A stretch of DNA of 64,000 nucleotides from Thermoleophilia bacterium. Its GTDB lineage: Bacteria > Actinomycetota > Thermoleophilia > Gaiellales > Gaiellaceae. The notes beneath the pieces were generated by a model. It saw only the letters and a list, made by a program, of their open reading frames with translations, did no database searches and was not told the origin of the DNA. Shown one piece after another: positions 15,608 to 24,771 of this stretch. Where the stretch lies: the NCBI GenBank assembly GCA_025929895.1, contig JAICPI010000004.1, forward strand, positions 5,490-69,489, read 5' to 3'. A program made the position numbers and the translations under genes. Within the stretch, counting starts at the first letter, position 1; every line of letters begins with the position of its first letter.

Positions 15608-16565
15608 GCCGACCGAACGGCGTCAGGCGGACGCGGCCGCCGTCCAGCTTCCAGGTACCGGCGACCGCGCCGTCGACGAGGAACGTGGGAAACGACTGCG
15701 GCACCTTCGTGTGGAAGATCAGCGGCCGGTACTCCTCCGGGAGGATCAGCGTCCGTCGCGCATGGACGAGCAGCGTCGCGTCCCACGTCGGGAGGAAGCG
15801 CACGGGCGCCGGAGTCGCGGGGTCCGGGAGCGGTGCACGCGGGAGGTCGAGGAGCTCGGTGCCGTCCTCGGCGCGGAAGCGGCGCAGCGCGAGCCGCTCG
15901 AGCACGGGCTTCAGGCGCGCGGGCGTGACCTTCGACCAGCTCGCGACGTCCTTCGCCGACGCGGGGCCGAAGCCGCCGAGGTAGCGCCGGACGAGGTGCT
16001 CGATGCCGTCGTCCTCCGACGCGTCGAGCGGCCCGACCCGCTCCGAGGCGAGCGCGAAGAGGTCGGCGCGGCGTCGCTCCCAGGTGCCGCTCGGCGGCAC
16101 GCGGACGAGCTCGACCCAGTGGCCGACGCCGGGGTTCCGCCCGACGAGCTCGTCGAGCTCCCGTCGCGTGACCGTGCGGCCGCGCAGCTCCCGGGCGACC
16201 GTTCGCGCGAGCGCGGCTTGCGCCCGCTCTTCGCCCTTGTCGACCCGGAGTCGCCACTCGCGACCCGAGCTGCGGATCCCCGCGGCGAAGAGCGGGTAGT
16301 CCCGCCGCGAGACGAGGTGGATCGTCTCGCGCATCAGCGTCCCCTGGATCACCGAGCGGCGCTCGAGCGCCCGCGTCAGGTGCTCGCGCTCGAACCCCTC
16401 GACGCAGGACCAGAGCCGGAGGTAGCCGTTCGGCGCGTACTGGTTCTGGATCCCCGCGATCCGTTCGAGCACTCGCGGCAAAGGCAGGCGGACCCGCTCG
16501 AGCAGGAGCTGGCGAGCGAGGAGCGCGCGGTTCAGCTCCCGCGCCGACAGCACCCGCTCGGCCAC
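15492..16565 (-). CDS. winged-helix YcaQ/AlkZ-like protein (DUF1006-type putative DNA glycosylase)
   Basis: The C-terminal 357 aa of ORF 15492..17438, from GTG 16565 (VAERVLSARELNRALLARQLLL...GIQNQYAPNGYLRLW...FLPTWDATLL...). The upstream part of that ORF is antisense to the GntR gene. Confidence 0.7.
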   Translation of the reverse strand: MAERVLSARELNRALLARQLLLERVRLPLPRVLERIAGIQNQYAPNGYLRLWSCVEGFEREHLTRALERRSVIQGTLMRETIHLVSRRDYPLFAAGIRSSGREWRLRVDKGEERAQAALARTVARELRGRTVTRRELDELVGRNPGVGHWVELVRVPPSGTWERRRADLFALASERVGPLDASEDDGIEHLVRRYLGGFGPASAKDVASWSKVTPARLKPVLERLALRRFRAEDGTELLDLPRAPLPDPATPAPVRFLPTWDATLLVHARRTLILPEEYRPLIFHTKVPQSFPTFLVDGAVAGTWKLDGGRVRLTPFGRLTRATRRELGEEGERLAAFHADDSRAGGAAPRARRARS

Positions 16566-16598
16566 GCGGCGACCGTACCGGACCTCGATTTCGCGCCT

Positions 16599-16635
16599 GC
16601 TGGTATTGACCACTTGCCGACCGGCACTGTACGAT
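16599..16635 (+). promoter_or_regulatory. dre-like (DasR/NagR-type) operator overlapping a TTGACC-N18-TACGAT promoter for the GntR gene
   Basis: GCTGGTATTGACCACT (16599-16614) matches ACTGGTCTAGACCACT at 13/16. The -35 TTGACC is at 16606-16611 and the -10 TACGAT at 16630-16635. A half-site GACCACT at 16671-16677 abuts the TTG start. Confidence 0.55.
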
Positions 16636-16676
16636 GGAGCGCACCATGACGGAACGCGCGGAAAGGCACTGACCAC

Positions 16677-17441
16677 TTGGCCGTTCGCGTCACCAAGCAG
16701 GTCGAGACGCGCGACAAGGTCCTCGAGCTGATCGAGCGCCTCACGATCGGCCAGGCGATCCCCTCCGAGCGCCAGCTCAGCGTCGACTTCGGCGTCTCGC
16801 GCCTGACCGTCCGGGCAGCGCTCGACGAGCTCGTCCGGGAGGGGCACCTGATCCGTCGCCGCGGGAGCGGGACGTTCGTCAGCGAGCCGAAGATCGCCCA
16901 GGAGCTGACGATGACCTCGTTCACCGAGGACATGCGGCGCCGGGGGATGCGGCCGACGAGCCGCACGGTCGACCTCCGCATCGTCCCCGCGGGCGCACGG
17001 CTCGGGCGCTTCCTGAACGTCTCGCCGTCCGAGCCGACGCTCGTCGCCAAGCGGCTCCGGCTCGCGGACGGGGAGACGATGGCGATCGAGACCCTCCACG
17101 TCCCGAGCGCCCTCGTGCCCGGACTGACGGGCAAGGACCTCGAGTCGCAGTCCTTCTACGAGCTCCTCCGCGACCGCTACGCGATCACCATCGCGGGCGG
17201 GGTGCAGCAGATCGAGCCGACGGTGACGAACGAGGAGGAGTCGGAGGCGCTCGGCGTGCCGCTGCACTCGCCGGCCTTCCTCTTCGAGCGCACGAGCCGG
17301 GCGTCCGACGGCAAGACGGTCGAGTTCGTGCGCTCCATCTACCGCGGCGACCGCTACGTGCTCGTCAGCGAGCTCACGCCTCAGACGCCGCGGACGGGGA
17401 TTCCGGTGCTGACGGTCCGCGATGACGGCCGCGTTCACTAG
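16677..17441 (+). CDS. GntR-family transcriptional regulator, HutC/UTRA subfamily (DasR/NagR-like)
   Basis: 254 aa. N-terminal wHTH (IPSERQLSVDFGVSRLTVRAALDELVREGHLIRRRGSGTFV) plus a UTRA effector domain. TTG start. First gene of the MurNAc/GlcNAc cluster. Confidence 0.9.
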   Translation: MAVRVTKQVETRDKVLELIERLTIGQAIPSERQLSVDFGVSRLTVRAALDELVREGHLIRRRGSGTFVSEPKIAQELTMTSFTEDMRRRGMRPTSRTVDLRIVPAGARLGRFLNVSPSEPTLVAKRLRLADGETMAIETLHVPSALVPGLTGKDLESQSFYELLRDRYAITIAGGVQQIEPTVTNEEESEALGVPLHSPAFLFERTSRASDGKTVEFVRSIYRGDRYVLVSELTPQTPRTGIPVLTVRDDGRVH

Positions 17442-19266
17442 GACGGGGGCGGCCTACTTCGGCGTCCGCATCCCGCGGCACGCCGAGCGAGACCTCGAGG
17501 ACCTCGCCCGCCGCGGCTTCACCGGCGTGCTGCACACCTTCTCGGAGAACGATCTCGAGTACTACCGCGACACGATGGCGCGCATCGTCGGGGCCTCGCA
17601 CGCGCTCGGGCTCGAGGTGCAGATGAACCCCTGGGGAGTCGGGCGGACGTTCGGCGGCGAGGCCGAGAGCCGCTTCGTGATGCGGAACCTCGACGCGTGC
17701 CAGGTGCTCGACGACGGACGGCGCGTCGGGGCGGCCTGCCTCAACCACCCGCGCTATCGAACCTTCCTGAAGGAGTGGGCGGACGCAGCGCTCGAAGCCG
17801 GGGCCGACCTGGTCTTCTGGGACGAGCCGCACTGGGTCGTGCCGCTGCACGTCGGCGTCGACGAGCCCGGCCGCTGGGGTTGCTGCTGCGAGGTCTGCCG
17901 CGAACGGTTCGGTACCGACTTCCCCCGGGAGCTCACAGACGAGGTCCTCGCGTTCCGGGAGGCGTCGATGGTCGACTTCCTCGGCGAGCTGACGGGGCAC
18001 GTGCGCGCGCGGGGTGGGCGCAACACGATCTGCCTCCTGCCCGCGGTCGAGGGCGCCTACGGGATCGCGGACTGGGACGCCGTCGCGTCCCTGCCCGGCG
18101 TCGACGTCTTCGCGACCGACCCCTACTGGATGGACAACGACGGCGAGGCCGCGCCGTTCGTGCGCAGGTTCGCGGACCTGCTCGGCGCGACGTGCGCCCG
18201 CCACGACGTCTCGTCCGAGCTCTGGGTGCCCACGTTCCGCCTCACCGCCGCGGACATCCCCGACCTCGAGGCCGCGGTTGCCGAGGCCCGCGCGGCCGGG
18301 GTCGAGCGGCTGTGGGTCTGGGGCTACGAGGGCTGCGCCCACATGAGCCACCTCGCGACCCCCGACTCGGGCGAGGTGTGGGAGCGCCTGTGCGACGTGC
18401 TCGTCGAGCCGTCCCCGAGGCTCACCGAGCACGCGCGCGAGGAGCACGCCGACCTCGACCTGCGCTCGACCCGCGAGCTCGTCCGGCTGATGGCAGCCGA
18501 GGACGCCGCGGTCCCGCAGGCGGTTGCTGAGGCGGGTTCGGACATCGCCGACTCGGTCGACGCGATCGCCGAGCGGCTCGGCCGCGGCGGGCGGCTGATC
18601 TACGCCGGCGCGGGCTCGTCCGGCCGGCTCGCCTGGGTTGACGCGTCGGAGTGCGAGACGACGTTCTCGACCGACCGGGTGCTGGCGCTCTTCGTCGAGG
18701 ACGCGCTCGAGGACGACGCCGAGGCGGGCGCGCGCGAGCTCGAGGCGCTCGCCGTCGGCAGCGACGACGTCGTCGTCGGCATCAGCGCGAGCGGCCGCAC
18801 GCCCCACGCGCTCGGCGCCGTCGACGCGGCGCGTCGTGCCGGCGCGCTGACGATCGGCTTCGCGTGCACGCGCGGCTCCGAGCTCGCGCGCGCGAGCGAG
18901 CGGGCGATCGAGGTCGTCGTCGGCCCCGAGCTGATCGCGGGCTCGACGCGCCTCAAGGCCGGCACGGCCCAGAAGCTCGTGCTGAACATGCTCTCGACGC
19001 TCGCGATGGTGCGGCTCGGCAAGACGTACGGCAACCTGATGGTCGACGTCTCGGCGGCGAACGAGAAGCTGCGAGAGCGCGTCCGGACGATCGTGCGGAC
19101 CGCGACCGGTGCAGAGCCGGAGCGTGCGGACGAGGCGCTGGAAGCGGCCGGCGGGAGCGCGAAGGTCGCGATCGTCTCGCTGCTCGCGGGCGTCGACGCC
19201 GACGCGGCGCGCGAGCGGCTCGCCTCGGCCGACGACAACGTGCGAACCGCGCTCGGGCACCAATGA
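17422..19266 (+). CDS. murQ: fusion protein: N-terminal ~330-aa uncharacterised TIM-barrel/glycosidase-like domain plus C-terminal N-acetylmuramic acid-6-phosphate etherase (MurQ, SIS domain)
   Basis: 614 aa. From ~18420 on it shows MurQ hallmarks: GGRLIYAGAGSSGRL, ISASGRTP, GSTRLKAGTAQKLVLNMLST, GKTYGNLMVDV. The N-terminal part carries FWDEPHW, VWGYEG and a CCCEVC cluster, with no family recognised. Confidence 0.85.
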   Translation: MTAAFTRTGAAYFGVRIPRHAERDLEDLARRGFTGVLHTFSENDLEYYRDTMARIVGASHALGLEVQMNPWGVGRTFGGEAESRFVMRNLDACQVLDDGRRVGAACLNHPRYRTFLKEWADAALEAGADLVFWDEPHWVVPLHVGVDEPGRWGCCCEVCRERFGTDFPRELTDEVLAFREASMVDFLGELTGHVRARGGRNTICLLPAVEGAYGIADWDAVASLPGVDVFATDPYWMDNDGEAAPFVRRFADLLGATCARHDVSSELWVPTFRLTAADIPDLEAAVAEARAAGVERLWVWGYEGCAHMSHLATPDSGEVWERLCDVLVEPSPRLTEHAREEHADLDLRSTRELVRLMAAEDAAVPQAVAEAGSDIADSVDAIAERLGRGGRLIYAGAGSSGRLAWVDASECETTFSTDRVLALFVEDALEDDAEAGARELEALAVGSDDVVVGISASGRTPHALGAVDAARRAGALTIGFACTRGSELARASERAIEVVVGPELIAGSTRLKAGTAQKLVLNMLSTLAMVRLGKTYGNLMVDVSAANEKLRERVRTIVRTATGAEPERADEALEAAGGSAKVAIVSLLAGVDADAARERLASADDNVRTALGHQ

Positions 19267-20354
19267 GGCTTGGCGTCGAAGCCGCCCTCGTCGACGGCCG
19301 GCTCGTCCGCGGCGACGTCGAGGTGAACGACGGCCTCGTCGCCCGCTACGGGATCCGGCGCGGCAACGGCCGTCGCGGGCTCGCCGCGCCGGGGTTCGTC
19401 GACCTCCAGGTGAACGGGTTCGGCGGAGTCGACTTCGCCACGGCGGACGCCGCGGCGTACGAGCGTGCCGGCGAGGCGCTGCTTGAGACCGGGGTCACGG
19501 CCTACCTGCCGACCTTCATCACCGCGCCCGAGGAGGCGCTCGTGGCCGCGCTCCGCGAGGTGCCGCGCGCGACGCCCGGCCCGCGCGTCCTCGGCGCGCA
19601 CGTGGAGGGGCCGTTTCTCGCCGCTGCCCGGATGGGGACGCACCTGCTCGAGGGCCGCCGCGACCCGGACGTGGCGCTGCTCGAGCGCCTGCTGGCCGCC
19701 GGGCCCGTCCGGCTCGTGACGCTCGCCCCCGAGCTGCCCGGCGCGCTCGAGCTGATCGACGTCCTCGGCTCGCACGGGGTCGCGGTCTCCTGCGGGCACA
19801 CGGAGGCCACGGCGGAGGAGGCCGAGGCCGCGTTCGACCGCGGAGCCCTGACCGTGACGCACCTCTTCAACGCGATGCGGCCCTTCCGCCACCGGGACCC
19901 CGGCATCGCCGGCGCCGCGCTCGTGCGCGACGACGTGATCGTGCAGCTGATCCTCGACGGCCACCACGTCGCGCCCGAGACCGCCCTGCTCGTCTGGCGC
20001 GCGGCCGGCGGCCGCCTCGCGCTCGTGACCGACGCGATGGCGGGCGCGGCGCAGGGCGACGGGCGCTATCGCCTCGGCGACGTCGAGGTCGAGGTGCGCG
20101 GCGGCAGCGCGCGGAGCGCCGAGGACGTCCTCGCCGGCAGCGTGCTGACGATGGACCAGGCCGTGCGCAACCTGCACGCGCTCGGCGTCCCGCTCGCGGA
20201 GGCGCTCGGCGCCGCGACGGCCGTCCCCGCGCGCGTCGTCGGCGCCGACGTGGGCTCGCTCCGCCGCGGAGGCCCAGCGGACGTCGTCGTCCTCGACGAC
20301 AACCTCGAGGTCGCGCGCGTGCTCGTCGGCGGGGAGGAACGTGTCGCTGCCTGA
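19263..20354 (+). CDS. nagA: N-acetylglucosamine-6-phosphate deacetylase
   Basis: 363 aa. [32 protein letters not shown] and the LILDGHH amidohydrolase metal-ligand pattern. The ATG overlaps the murQ TGA. Confidence 0.9.
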   Translation: MRLGVEAALVDGRLVRGDVEVNDGLVARYGIRRGNGRRGLAAPGFVDLQVNGFGGVDFATADAAAYERAGEALLETGVTAYLPTFITAPEEALVAALREVPRATPGPRVLGAHVEGPFLAAARMGTHLLEGRRDPDVALLERLLAAGPVRLVTLAPELPGALELIDVLGSHGVAVSCGHTEATAEEAEAAFDRGALTVTHLFNAMRPFRHRDPGIAGAALVRDDVIVQLILDGHHVAPETALLVWRAAGGRLALVTDAMAGAAQGDGRYRLGDVEVEVRGGSARSAEDVLAGSVLTMDQAVRNLHALGVPLAEALGAATAVPARVVGADVGSLRRGGPADVVVLDDNLEVARVLVGGEERVAA

Positions 20355-21411
20355 GCCCGTGCGGCCGGAGCCCGGGGCCTTCCTCCTGGAGGAGATCCGC
20401 GAGCAGCCCGCCGCCCTTCGCCGCCTGCTCGCGCACGAGGCGGAGTTCGCCGACGTCGCCGCGGCGGCGCGCAGGAGCGGCCGCACGCTCGTGCGGCTCG
20501 TCGCGCACGGCTCTTCCGACAACGCGGCGTCGTACGGGGTCTACGCGTTCGGGCTCCTGCCCGGCTGGACCGCGCTGCGCGACTCGATCTCGCTCACCGT
20601 CTACTCCGGAGCGAGGCTCGACCTGACGGGCTCGTGCGTGCTCGCGCTCTCGCAGTCCGGGCAGACGCCCGACGTGGTCGACTACGTCCAGCGCGCCCGC
20701 GCCGCCGGAGCGCTGACGGTCGCGGTGACGAACGACCCGGACTCGGAACTCGGGCAGGCGGCGGAAGCGGTGCTCCCGCTCGCGGCCGGGCCCGAGCGCT
20801 CGATCGCCGCGACGAAGACGTATTCGAGCTCGGTCGCGGCGCTCGCCCTGCTCGCCGCCCATGCCTCGGGACGGAGCCGCGAGTTCGCCGACGGGATCGC
20901 GCGCGTCGCCGACCTGATCGACGAAGCGCTCCCGGCGCTCGAGGGACGGGTCGGGGAGCTGGCCGTGACCTTCGCCTACGTCGGCCGGATGTTCGTGATC
21001 GGCCGTGGCACCGAGCTGCCCACGGCCCGCGAGGTCGCGCTCAAGCTGCTCGAGACCTGCCGCGTCGCCGCCGAGCCGATGACCGCGACCGCGTTCGCGC
21101 ACGGGCCGGTCGCGGCGCTCGACGCGCTCTTCCCCGTCTGGGCCGTCGCGGCGCGCGACGAGAACCTCGCCGCGGTCGCGGAGGCGGTTGCGCGCGCGCG
21201 AGCCGCCGGCGCCGGCGTCGTCGCGACGGGGTCCGCGGCGGCCGAGCTCGACGCGACCTACCGGCTGCCGACGCCCGAGCCGCCGCTGCCGCTCCTCTCG
21301 CCGCTCCTGTCGATCCTCCCCGGGCAGCTCTTCGCCTGGGCGCTCGCCCGCGCGAAGGGCCTCGACCCCGACCGCCCGCAGCGGCTCGCCAAGGTCACGC
21401 TGGCCCGCTGA
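20341..21411 (+). CDS. SIS-SIS protein resembling the GlmS isomerase half (putative GlcN-6-P deaminase/isomerase, NagB-II-like)
   Basis: 356 aa. [21 protein letters not shown] and LSQSGQTPD (the S-x-S-G-x-T SIS motif), plus a second SIS domain ([17 protein letters not shown]). No glutaminase domain. Confidence 0.78.
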   Translation: MSLPEPVRPEPGAFLLEEIREQPAALRRLLAHEAEFADVAAAARRSGRTLVRLVAHGSSDNAASYGVYAFGLLPGWTALRDSISLTVYSGARLDLTGSCVLALSQSGQTPDVVDYVQRARAAGALTVAVTNDPDSELGQAAEAVLPLAAGPERSIAATKTYSSSVAALALLAAHASGRSREFADGIARVADLIDEALPALEGRVGELAVTFAYVGRMFVIGRGTELPTAREVALKLLETCRVAAEPMTATAFAHGPVAALDALFPVWAVAARDENLAAVAEAVARARAAGAGVVATGSAAAELDATYRLPTPEPPLPLLSPLLSILPGQLFAWALARAKGLDPDRPQRLAKVTLAR

Positions 21412-21418
21412 GGCGGGC
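21403..21418 (+). terminator. small hairpin containing the SIS-gene stop codon
   Basis: GCCCGC-tgag-GCGGGC, a perfect 6-bp stem with no U-tract. This is a weak call. Confidence 0.3.
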
Positions 21419-21547
21419 TGGTCAATACCATTTAGCCGCGCGTGCTGTGGCGATTCCCACTGTTGCCGCGGTCTCGGCGAAAGTGGTCTTGACAGGGAGT
21501 ACCAGATCGTGCCATGCTCCCGCCGTGGCCCATTGGTATGAACCAAT
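21417..21547. promoter_or_regulatory. three dre-like boxes upstream of the ABC binding-protein gene
   Basis: Compared with the consensus A(G/C)TGGTCTAGACCA(G/C)T: GCTGGTCAATACCATT (21417-21432, 12/16), AGTGGTCTTGACAGGG (21482-21497, 12/16, contains TTGACA) and ATTGGTATGAACCAAT (21532-21547, perfect ATTGGT/ACCAAT arms). Confidence 0.5.
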
Positions 21548-21611
21548 CGGCGGGACGGCCCGGGAGCACGGCCACACGGACCCCGTCCGCCGACGTCGCG
21601 GGAGGACGGGC

Positions 21612-22895
21612 ATGAAGTTTCGCTACGTCGTCGCCGCGGCTCTCGCAGTTGCTGTTGCCGCCGGCGCGCCGACGGCAGGCGCGAGAACCGACGGCGACGC
21701 TGCATCTTCGACACTCACCGTCTGGCTGATGACGGACGCGCAGGGCGGGGCCTGGGCCGACGTGGTCTCGGCGGCGAACCGCCAGTTCGAGAGCGCGCAT
21801 CCGGGCATCGAGGTCGACGTCCAGATCCAGACGTGGGGCGACCACCTCACGAAGCTCGACGCCGCCCTCGCGGGCGGTCGCGCTCCAGACGTCGTCGAGC
21901 TCGGGAACACCGAGACGACGAAGTACATGGCGGCCGGCGCGCTCGCGAACATCACCGGGAACCGCGGCAGCTTCCCGAACAGCCGCACCTGGCTCCAGGC
22001 GCTGACGCAGTCGTGCACGTACCAGGGCCGGCTCTTCTGCGTGCCGTACTACGCGGGTGCGCGCGCGGTCATCTACCGCCGCGACCACTGGCGGCAGGCC
22101 GGGTTGAGGAAGGCACCGGCCTCGCTGGACGCGTTCGTGAACGCGGGCAAGCGGCTGATGCGGCTGAAGCGGAGCGACCGGAACTACTCGGCGCTCTACT
22201 TCCCGGGCAAGTACTGGTACGCCGCGATGTCCTTCGTCTACGACTACGGCGGAGCGATCGCACGGTTCCGCAACGGGCGCTGGGTCGGCACGCTCGACTC
22301 GCAGTTCGCGCTCCGCGGCCTGCGTAAGTGGAAGGAGACGGCCCGCGCGCTCTCGAGGGCCAACCGCTCGGGCACCGAGGCGACGCAGTGGACGGTCTTC
22401 TCACAGGGCCGCGTCGGTGCGACGATCTCGAACGGATGGGAGTGGGGCCTGATCATCGACCCGGAGAACGGGAACCCCCGCCTGAACCTGGGCGCCTTCC
22501 CGATGCCGAGCCACACGAAGGGCAAGTTCATGCCCACGTTCCTCGGCGGCTCGGACCTCGCGATCCCGGCGACGAGCGGCAACCGCGCGCTCGCGCTCGA
22601 CTGGATCCGCACCTTCACGTCGAACGGCAACATGCGCACGCTGACGAGCGCCGCCGGCGTGATCCCGAACACGACGTCGCTCGCAGGCGTCAACGCCAGC
22701 AAGCCGCAGCTCGCGCCGTTCGCGCAGGCGGCGAAGGCGAGCTGGTTCGTCCCGACAGCGCCCAACTGGGCCAACGTCGAGAACGCCCAGGTGCTCCAGA
22801 ACATGCTCTCGAGCATCCTCACCGGTCGCTCGACCGTGGAGGCGGCGTCGCGCCGGGCGAGCACGCAGATCACCCAGATCCTGAACGCACGGTGA
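21612..22895 (+). CDS. ABC sugar transporter substrate-binding protein (family 1 SBP)
   Basis: 427 aa, from ATG 21612 ([18 protein letters not shown]...) with GGAGGA 6 nt upstream. Typical SBP_bac_1 length and Trp/Tyr-rich composition. The upstream part of ORF 20634..22895 was rejected. Confidence 0.85.
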   Translation: MKFRYVVAAALAVAVAAGAPTAGARTDGDAASSTLTVWLMTDAQGGAWADVVSAANRQFESAHPGIEVDVQIQTWGDHLTKLDAALAGGRAPDVVELGNTETTKYMAAGALANITGNRGSFPNSRTWLQALTQSCTYQGRLFCVPYYAGARAVIYRRDHWRQAGLRKAPASLDAFVNAGKRLMRLKRSDRNYSALYFPGKYWYAAMSFVYDYGGAIARFRNGRWVGTLDSQFALRGLRKWKETARALSRANRSGTEATQWTVFSQGRVGATISNGWEWGLIIDPENGNPRLNLGAFPMPSHTKGKFMPTFLGGSDLAIPATSGNRALALDWIRTFTSNGNMRTLTSAAGVIPNTTSLAGVNASKPQLAPFAQAAKASWFVPTAPNWANVENAQVLQNMLSSILTGRSTVEAASRRASTQITQILNAR

Positions 22896-22920
22896 TCCGA
22901 CACCCGGGGAGCGGCGGTCG

Positions 22921-23895
22921 ATGAGCGCCGCTCCCCGGGCTGCGACCCCCGCCGCCGAGCCCCTTCTCTCCTCTCGGCGGCGGGAGCGCGGGCTGCCCGC
23001 GCGGGTCGCGGCCGGCGCGCCTCCCTACCTGCTCGTCCTGCCGACGCTCGTCGTCCTCGTCGGCGTCCTCGCGTACCCGCTCTACTGGCTCGGGCGGATC
23101 TCCTTCGAGCACTACGGGCTCGCCGAGCTGATCGCCAGGAAGGGCACGTGGACGGGCCTCGACAACTACCGCCACATGCTCGGCGACGCCGAGTTCTGGC
23201 GGATCGTCGCGCGCACGATCGCGTTCACGGTCGTGAACGTCGGCCTGACGATGCTCTTCGCGACGCTGATCGCGCTCCTGCTCGTGCGCATGGGCACGAT
23301 CGTGCGCGGGGCGGTGCTCGTCGGGCTCGTCTGGGTGTGGGCGACTCCGGTGACCGTCGCCATCGCCGTCTGGCAGTGGATGGTCGACTTCGAGTTCGGC
23401 GTCCTCAACTGGACGCTGACGAAGCTCCACGTCGTCGACCTGATCCACTACAACTGGTTCGACAACCCGTGGACCGGCTTCGCGGTGATCACCGCGGTCG
23501 TCGTCTGGGGCGCGATCCCCTTCGCCGCGATCACGATCTACGCGGGCTTCTCGCAGGTGCCGCAGGAGCTCGTCGAGGCGGCCGAGGTGGACGGCGCGTC
23601 CGCGTGGGAGGTCTTCTGGCGCGTGACCTTCCCGCTCGTGAAGCCCATCTTCGTGATCGTGACCAGCCTCTCGATCATCTGGGACTTCCAGGTCTTCAAC
23701 CAAATCTGGATCATGCTCGAGTTCCGGCCGAGCCCCGACTACTACCTCCTCGGCGTCTACTCGTTCGTCGAGTCGTTCCGCGTCAGCCAGTACGGCCTCG
23801 GCGCCGCGATCGCGGTCGTGATGGTCGTGCTGATGCTCGGCGTCAGCTTCGTCTACGTGCGCCAGATGGTGCGGATCTCGGAAGCGGACGCGTGA
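22921..23895 (+). CDS. ABC sugar transporter permease (MalF/UgpA-like)
   Basis: 324 aa. Six TM helices and an EAA-type loop (EAAEVDGASAWEVFWRVTFPL). Confidence 0.9.
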   Translation: MSAAPRAATPAAEPLLSSRRRERGLPARVAAGAPPYLLVLPTLVVLVGVLAYPLYWLGRISFEHYGLAELIARKGTWTGLDNYRHMLGDAEFWRIVARTIAFTVVNVGLTMLFATLIALLLVRMGTIVRGAVLVGLVWVWATPVTVAIAVWQWMVDFEFGVLNWTLTKLHVVDLIHYNWFDNPWTGFAVITAVVVWGAIPFAAITIYAGFSQVPQELVEAAEVDGASAWEVFWRVTFPLVKPIFVIVTSLSIIWDFQVFNQIWIMLEFRPSPDYYLLGVYSFVESFRVSQYGLGAAIAVVMVVLMLGVSFVYVRQMVRISEADA

Positions 23896-24764
23896 CCGCC
23901 CTCGCCGCTCGCATGCGTGGGTCGTTCGACGTGCGCAACCGCCGGAACCGGCAGCGGCTCGTCGCGAACGCGATCGGGCTCGTCGTGCTCGCGGTGATGC
24001 TCTTCCCCGTCTACTGGATGATCGCGACCTCGTTCAAGCCGGGACGCGACATCCTGCGCTTCGACCCCAAGTGGTGGCCGTCCCCGTGGACGCTGGACAA
24101 CTTCTCCGACGCGATCCACCGCCCGTACTTCACCGACAACGTCAAGAACAGCGCGATCGTCGTCGGCGTCGTGGTCGCGCTGTCCCTCGTGATCGGCTTC
24201 CTCGCGGCGCTGGCGATCGCGCGCTTCCGCTTCTACGGCCGGCGCGCGTTCATCGTCGTGATCATCGGCGTCCAGATGATCCCCGCGACGGCGCTGATCA
24301 TCCCGCTCTACGTGCTGCTCGCCCGCGCGAACCAGGTCGACCGCCTGAGCGGCGTGATCGTCACGTACCTGACGTTCGTGCTCCCGTTCACCGTCTGGAC
24401 GCTGCGCGGGTTCGTGATGGGCATCCCGCCCGAGCTCGAGGAGGCGGCGATGGTCGACGGGTGCACGCGCTTCGGCGCGTTCCTGCGCATCCTGCTCCCG
24501 CTGATCGTCCCGGGTCTCGTCGCGACCTCGATCTTCGCGTTCGTCCAGGCGTGGAACGAGTTCATCTTCGCCTACGTGATCCTGGCGAGCCAGGAGAACC
24601 AGACCTTGACCGTGTGGCTCGCGTCGTTCACGACCTCGCGCGGGACGGACTGGGGCCCGCTGATGGCGGCGGCGACGCTGACGTCGCTGCCGGTCGTGAT
24701 CTTCTTCGCGCTCGTCCAGCGGCGCGTCGCCTTCGGCCTAACGGCCGGGGCCGTCCGCGGTTAA
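23892..24764 (+). CDS. ABC sugar transporter permease (MalG/UgpE-like)
   Basis: 290 aa, from GTG 23892 (GTGA overlap). EAA loop EEAAMVDGCTRFGAFLRILLPL. Confidence 0.9.
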   Translation: MTALAARMRGSFDVRNRRNRQRLVANAIGLVVLAVMLFPVYWMIATSFKPGRDILRFDPKWWPSPWTLDNFSDAIHRPYFTDNVKNSAIVVGVVVALSLVIGFLAALAIARFRFYGRRAFIVVIIGVQMIPATALIIPLYVLLARANQVDRLSGVIVTYLTFVLPFTVWTLRGFVMGIPPELEEAAMVDGCTRFGAFLRILLPLIVPGLVATSIFAFVQAWNEFIFAYVILASQENQTLTVWLASFTTSRGTDWGPLMAAATLTSLPVVIFFALVQRRVAFGLTAGAVRG

Positions 24765-24771
24765 GGAGGGG

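Noticed and set aside
17374-19263. A 629-aa minus-strand ORF antisense to the MurQ fusion gene.
   Set aside because: The translation is low-complexity Arg/Gly/Asp/Val-rich with no motifs. The plus-strand frame carries the complete MurQ signature set.
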